Assembly: GCA_030390025.1 (NCBI GenBank)
Contig: CM059425.1
Coordinates: forward strand, 167,588,001-167,652,000
Direction: 5' to 3'
From: Squalus acanthias
Lineage: Eukaryota
Length of the DNA: 64,000 nucleotides
A model generated the notes under the pieces. That model was not told where the DNA came from, ran no database searches, and was given only the letters and a program-made list of their open reading frames with translations. Of this stretch, positions 61,691 through 64,000 are shown piece after piece. How positions within the stretch are numbered: position 1 is the stretch's first letter; each line of letters begins with the position of its first letter. Made by a program: the position numbers and the translations under genes.

Positions 61691-64000
61691 GCATTGACAT
61701 TTTTATCTTTATGTGCATGAATTCACCAAACATTGAAGTAGGGAGGAAGAAAAAGGAGTGAGATTAGAATGCTGGCAGAAATGAGAATTTTGTCCACTGG
61801 ACAATCAAGAACCCTCACTTGATCAATGGCAATTAAGGACTGTTCATTGGGAGAAAGAGAGAGAAATTCAAGAATTCAGTCAGAACTATTCTAATTTAAG
61901 TTTGTATTCAAAATTTGTTACAATATTTCTCCTTAGAAGCATTTTGTAAATAGCATTACATAGATGTGTCCACCTAAGGCAGGATCTTCCTTCTGACTAA
62001 ACCAGAAGATATTAAAAATATAAGCCCCGATTTTAACTCGGAGTGGGAATTTGGGGTGCGGGTGTCGAAGTGGGTGGTGAAACGTCTGGCCTCCCAGAAT
62101 GTAAAGCCCAGGAACTTTTAACTCCCAGGTCTCATTTTTATGCTCGAATACTGACTCGTGCCTGAAGCCAGCAGGAATGACATCACCGCTGACAGACGGG
62201 AGTCAATATTCATGGTGGACGAGACCACCACCGGAGACACACAGAAACGGGCCCCGGCAAGATAAGTCAGAAACTAGGGGAGGGATCAGAAAGTCTGCAT
62301 TCAGAGGAGGAGGCAGCTTGGGACAGGGGAGGCCCAAGGTATTCTTGTGGGGCCAGGAGGAGCGCTCCTGCTTCTCCTGGCTCACAAGGAAACTTTACAC
62401 AATTTTTTAAAATGCCACTTACCTGGCCCTCCTGTAGCCAGGATCCCCTTATATTTATATTTATATGATTAGTATATATACCCCTAAGCTTATCTTCATT
62501 CATCATTTGTTCCAGTATATGCAGCAGTCTGCAGCTGAAGACAGTCAGACCTCTGTCTGTGGCCATTCTGGGTTATTTGATCTGTTGCAAGGGCACTTGA
62601 TCAAAATTCTGCACACGTAGTCATCAGTGGATATCCCAACTGCACATCTCAGCATGTGCAGACACTAAAAAAGCCTCTACTCAACAGGCTACTCCTGAAA
62701 GTTAACGATTATGATGGCTTGGAGTTTTATGGATTTTTGGCGATCAAAACATTGTAAATTTATCTTCAACATAAGCAAAACCCTTTTCTGCAGTTAAAAC
62801 TGTAATCCATACCGAGAGCCTTTCTTGCTCTGACATTCGCCTTTTCATTACTTTCTATGCGAGTGAAGGGGTCTCCCACTTGCTGGTTCCCTTTGTCAAA
62901 ATATTGTGATATTAACAGTTTTGTTCTTAGTTTTCTTTTTTAAGCCCATCACTGTTTTCCCCCCCTATATATTACTATTTTTAGATAGTGTTATTGCTAT
63001 TTATTTTTCCTGTTATAATACCTCTATCTAACTTCCAAAATATACATTTTGCTATATAATGGGCCAGATTTGCTGTAGAAGGGTATCTAATTGTGTCTGC
63101 TGTTAGTTAGACTTGTTCCTGCACCTTTCAGCTCAAAAAATGTTTGCTCACTAAGTTGCTGAAACTGCAAGCTGATAATGTTGCAGTGAGGTAAACGGGG
63201 CATCTGGAACCTGAGTGAACAGGGCAACCAACAGGATATTTCCTTATCCAATGAGGATTGGGAAATAAACAGCAGATGTAGGTAAATTAGAGTGGGTGAA
63301 TTCAATGTCAAATCAGTTAGAGAAAGAGAAATAAAGAAAAAGATAAATAAAGAGAGAGAGAAAGAAAGATTAGATTAAGAGAGAGAGAGAAAAAAGAGAC
63401 AGAAAAAAAAGTAAGAAAAAAAATTAAAGAATTTAAAATTTGACATTTTAAAAATCTCCTAAAATAATTCACAACCTGAAGGAATGAGACTCCACGCTTA
63501 TAATAGTTATTTTTTTGGTGCCAGAGAGGTTTATTGGCAGTCACTAATACTTATCACGTTGTTAAAAGGGTACTTACGCTTGTAATTACTGGCGCTAAAT
63601 ATCTGCAGTGGCTTTAGTTCGGATCTAACGTGCAAATACAGCAAATTCACAACATTCAATGCATGCCAATAGTGAGGTAGATAGTGAAATGCCATTTTCA
63701 CAAAGCTAACGGTGGAGCAGCAGAACTCAGACAGCAACTTTCCCATGTTTTCTCACCCACTCACTATAGCTCCTTGAACTAGTTGCATGATCTCTACTCC
63801 TCTTTTCACACCAGGTAGAATGTAAGCAGGTGCTACATTCTAATGCTGAAAGCATCTGTGTGCTCTGTTTTTGTAGCAAAAGGCAACCCACAACCTTTGG
63901 GAGAGATATCCCACTGCTCGTGGACCATCCAAACTCCACCTGGCATGAGAAACAGGCCCTCCAAATAATTCAGTAGCAAAATACTGCGGATGCTGAAAAT

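Noticed and set aside
62480..62700. Possible exon on either strand (ORF 62267-62566)
   Set aside because: No clean open frame between credible splice sites and no recognisable domain.

Overview
Repeat-dense non-coding vertebrate DNA, most likely from a cartilaginous fish (shark), judged from the CR1/HER1-like LINEs, L2, Penelope-like elements and GC-rich Harbinger MITEs. No host protein-coding gene is confidently seen. The window holds three decayed two-gene PIF/Harbinger DNA transposons, each with a DDE transposase facing a Myb/SANT gene that is spliced in the most complete copy. It also holds many Harbinger-type MITEs with 3-bp TSDs, two full-length CR1 LINEs plus truncated copies, and L2 fragments. 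Penelope-like GIY-YIG elements carry minimal hammerhead ribozyme motifs. There is one solo LTR, a 25-bp minisatellite, and a pol-less LTR element with a tRNA-Leu PBS and a decayed fusion-glycoprotein-like env remnant (possibly lokiretrovirus-like). The most interesting observations are that env-bearing element, two CR1s with near-identical ORF2 but different ORF1/5'UTR, the ribozyme-bearing inverted Penelope insertion, and the Harbinger autonomous/MITE system. All family assignments come from motif recognition by eye, not database searches.
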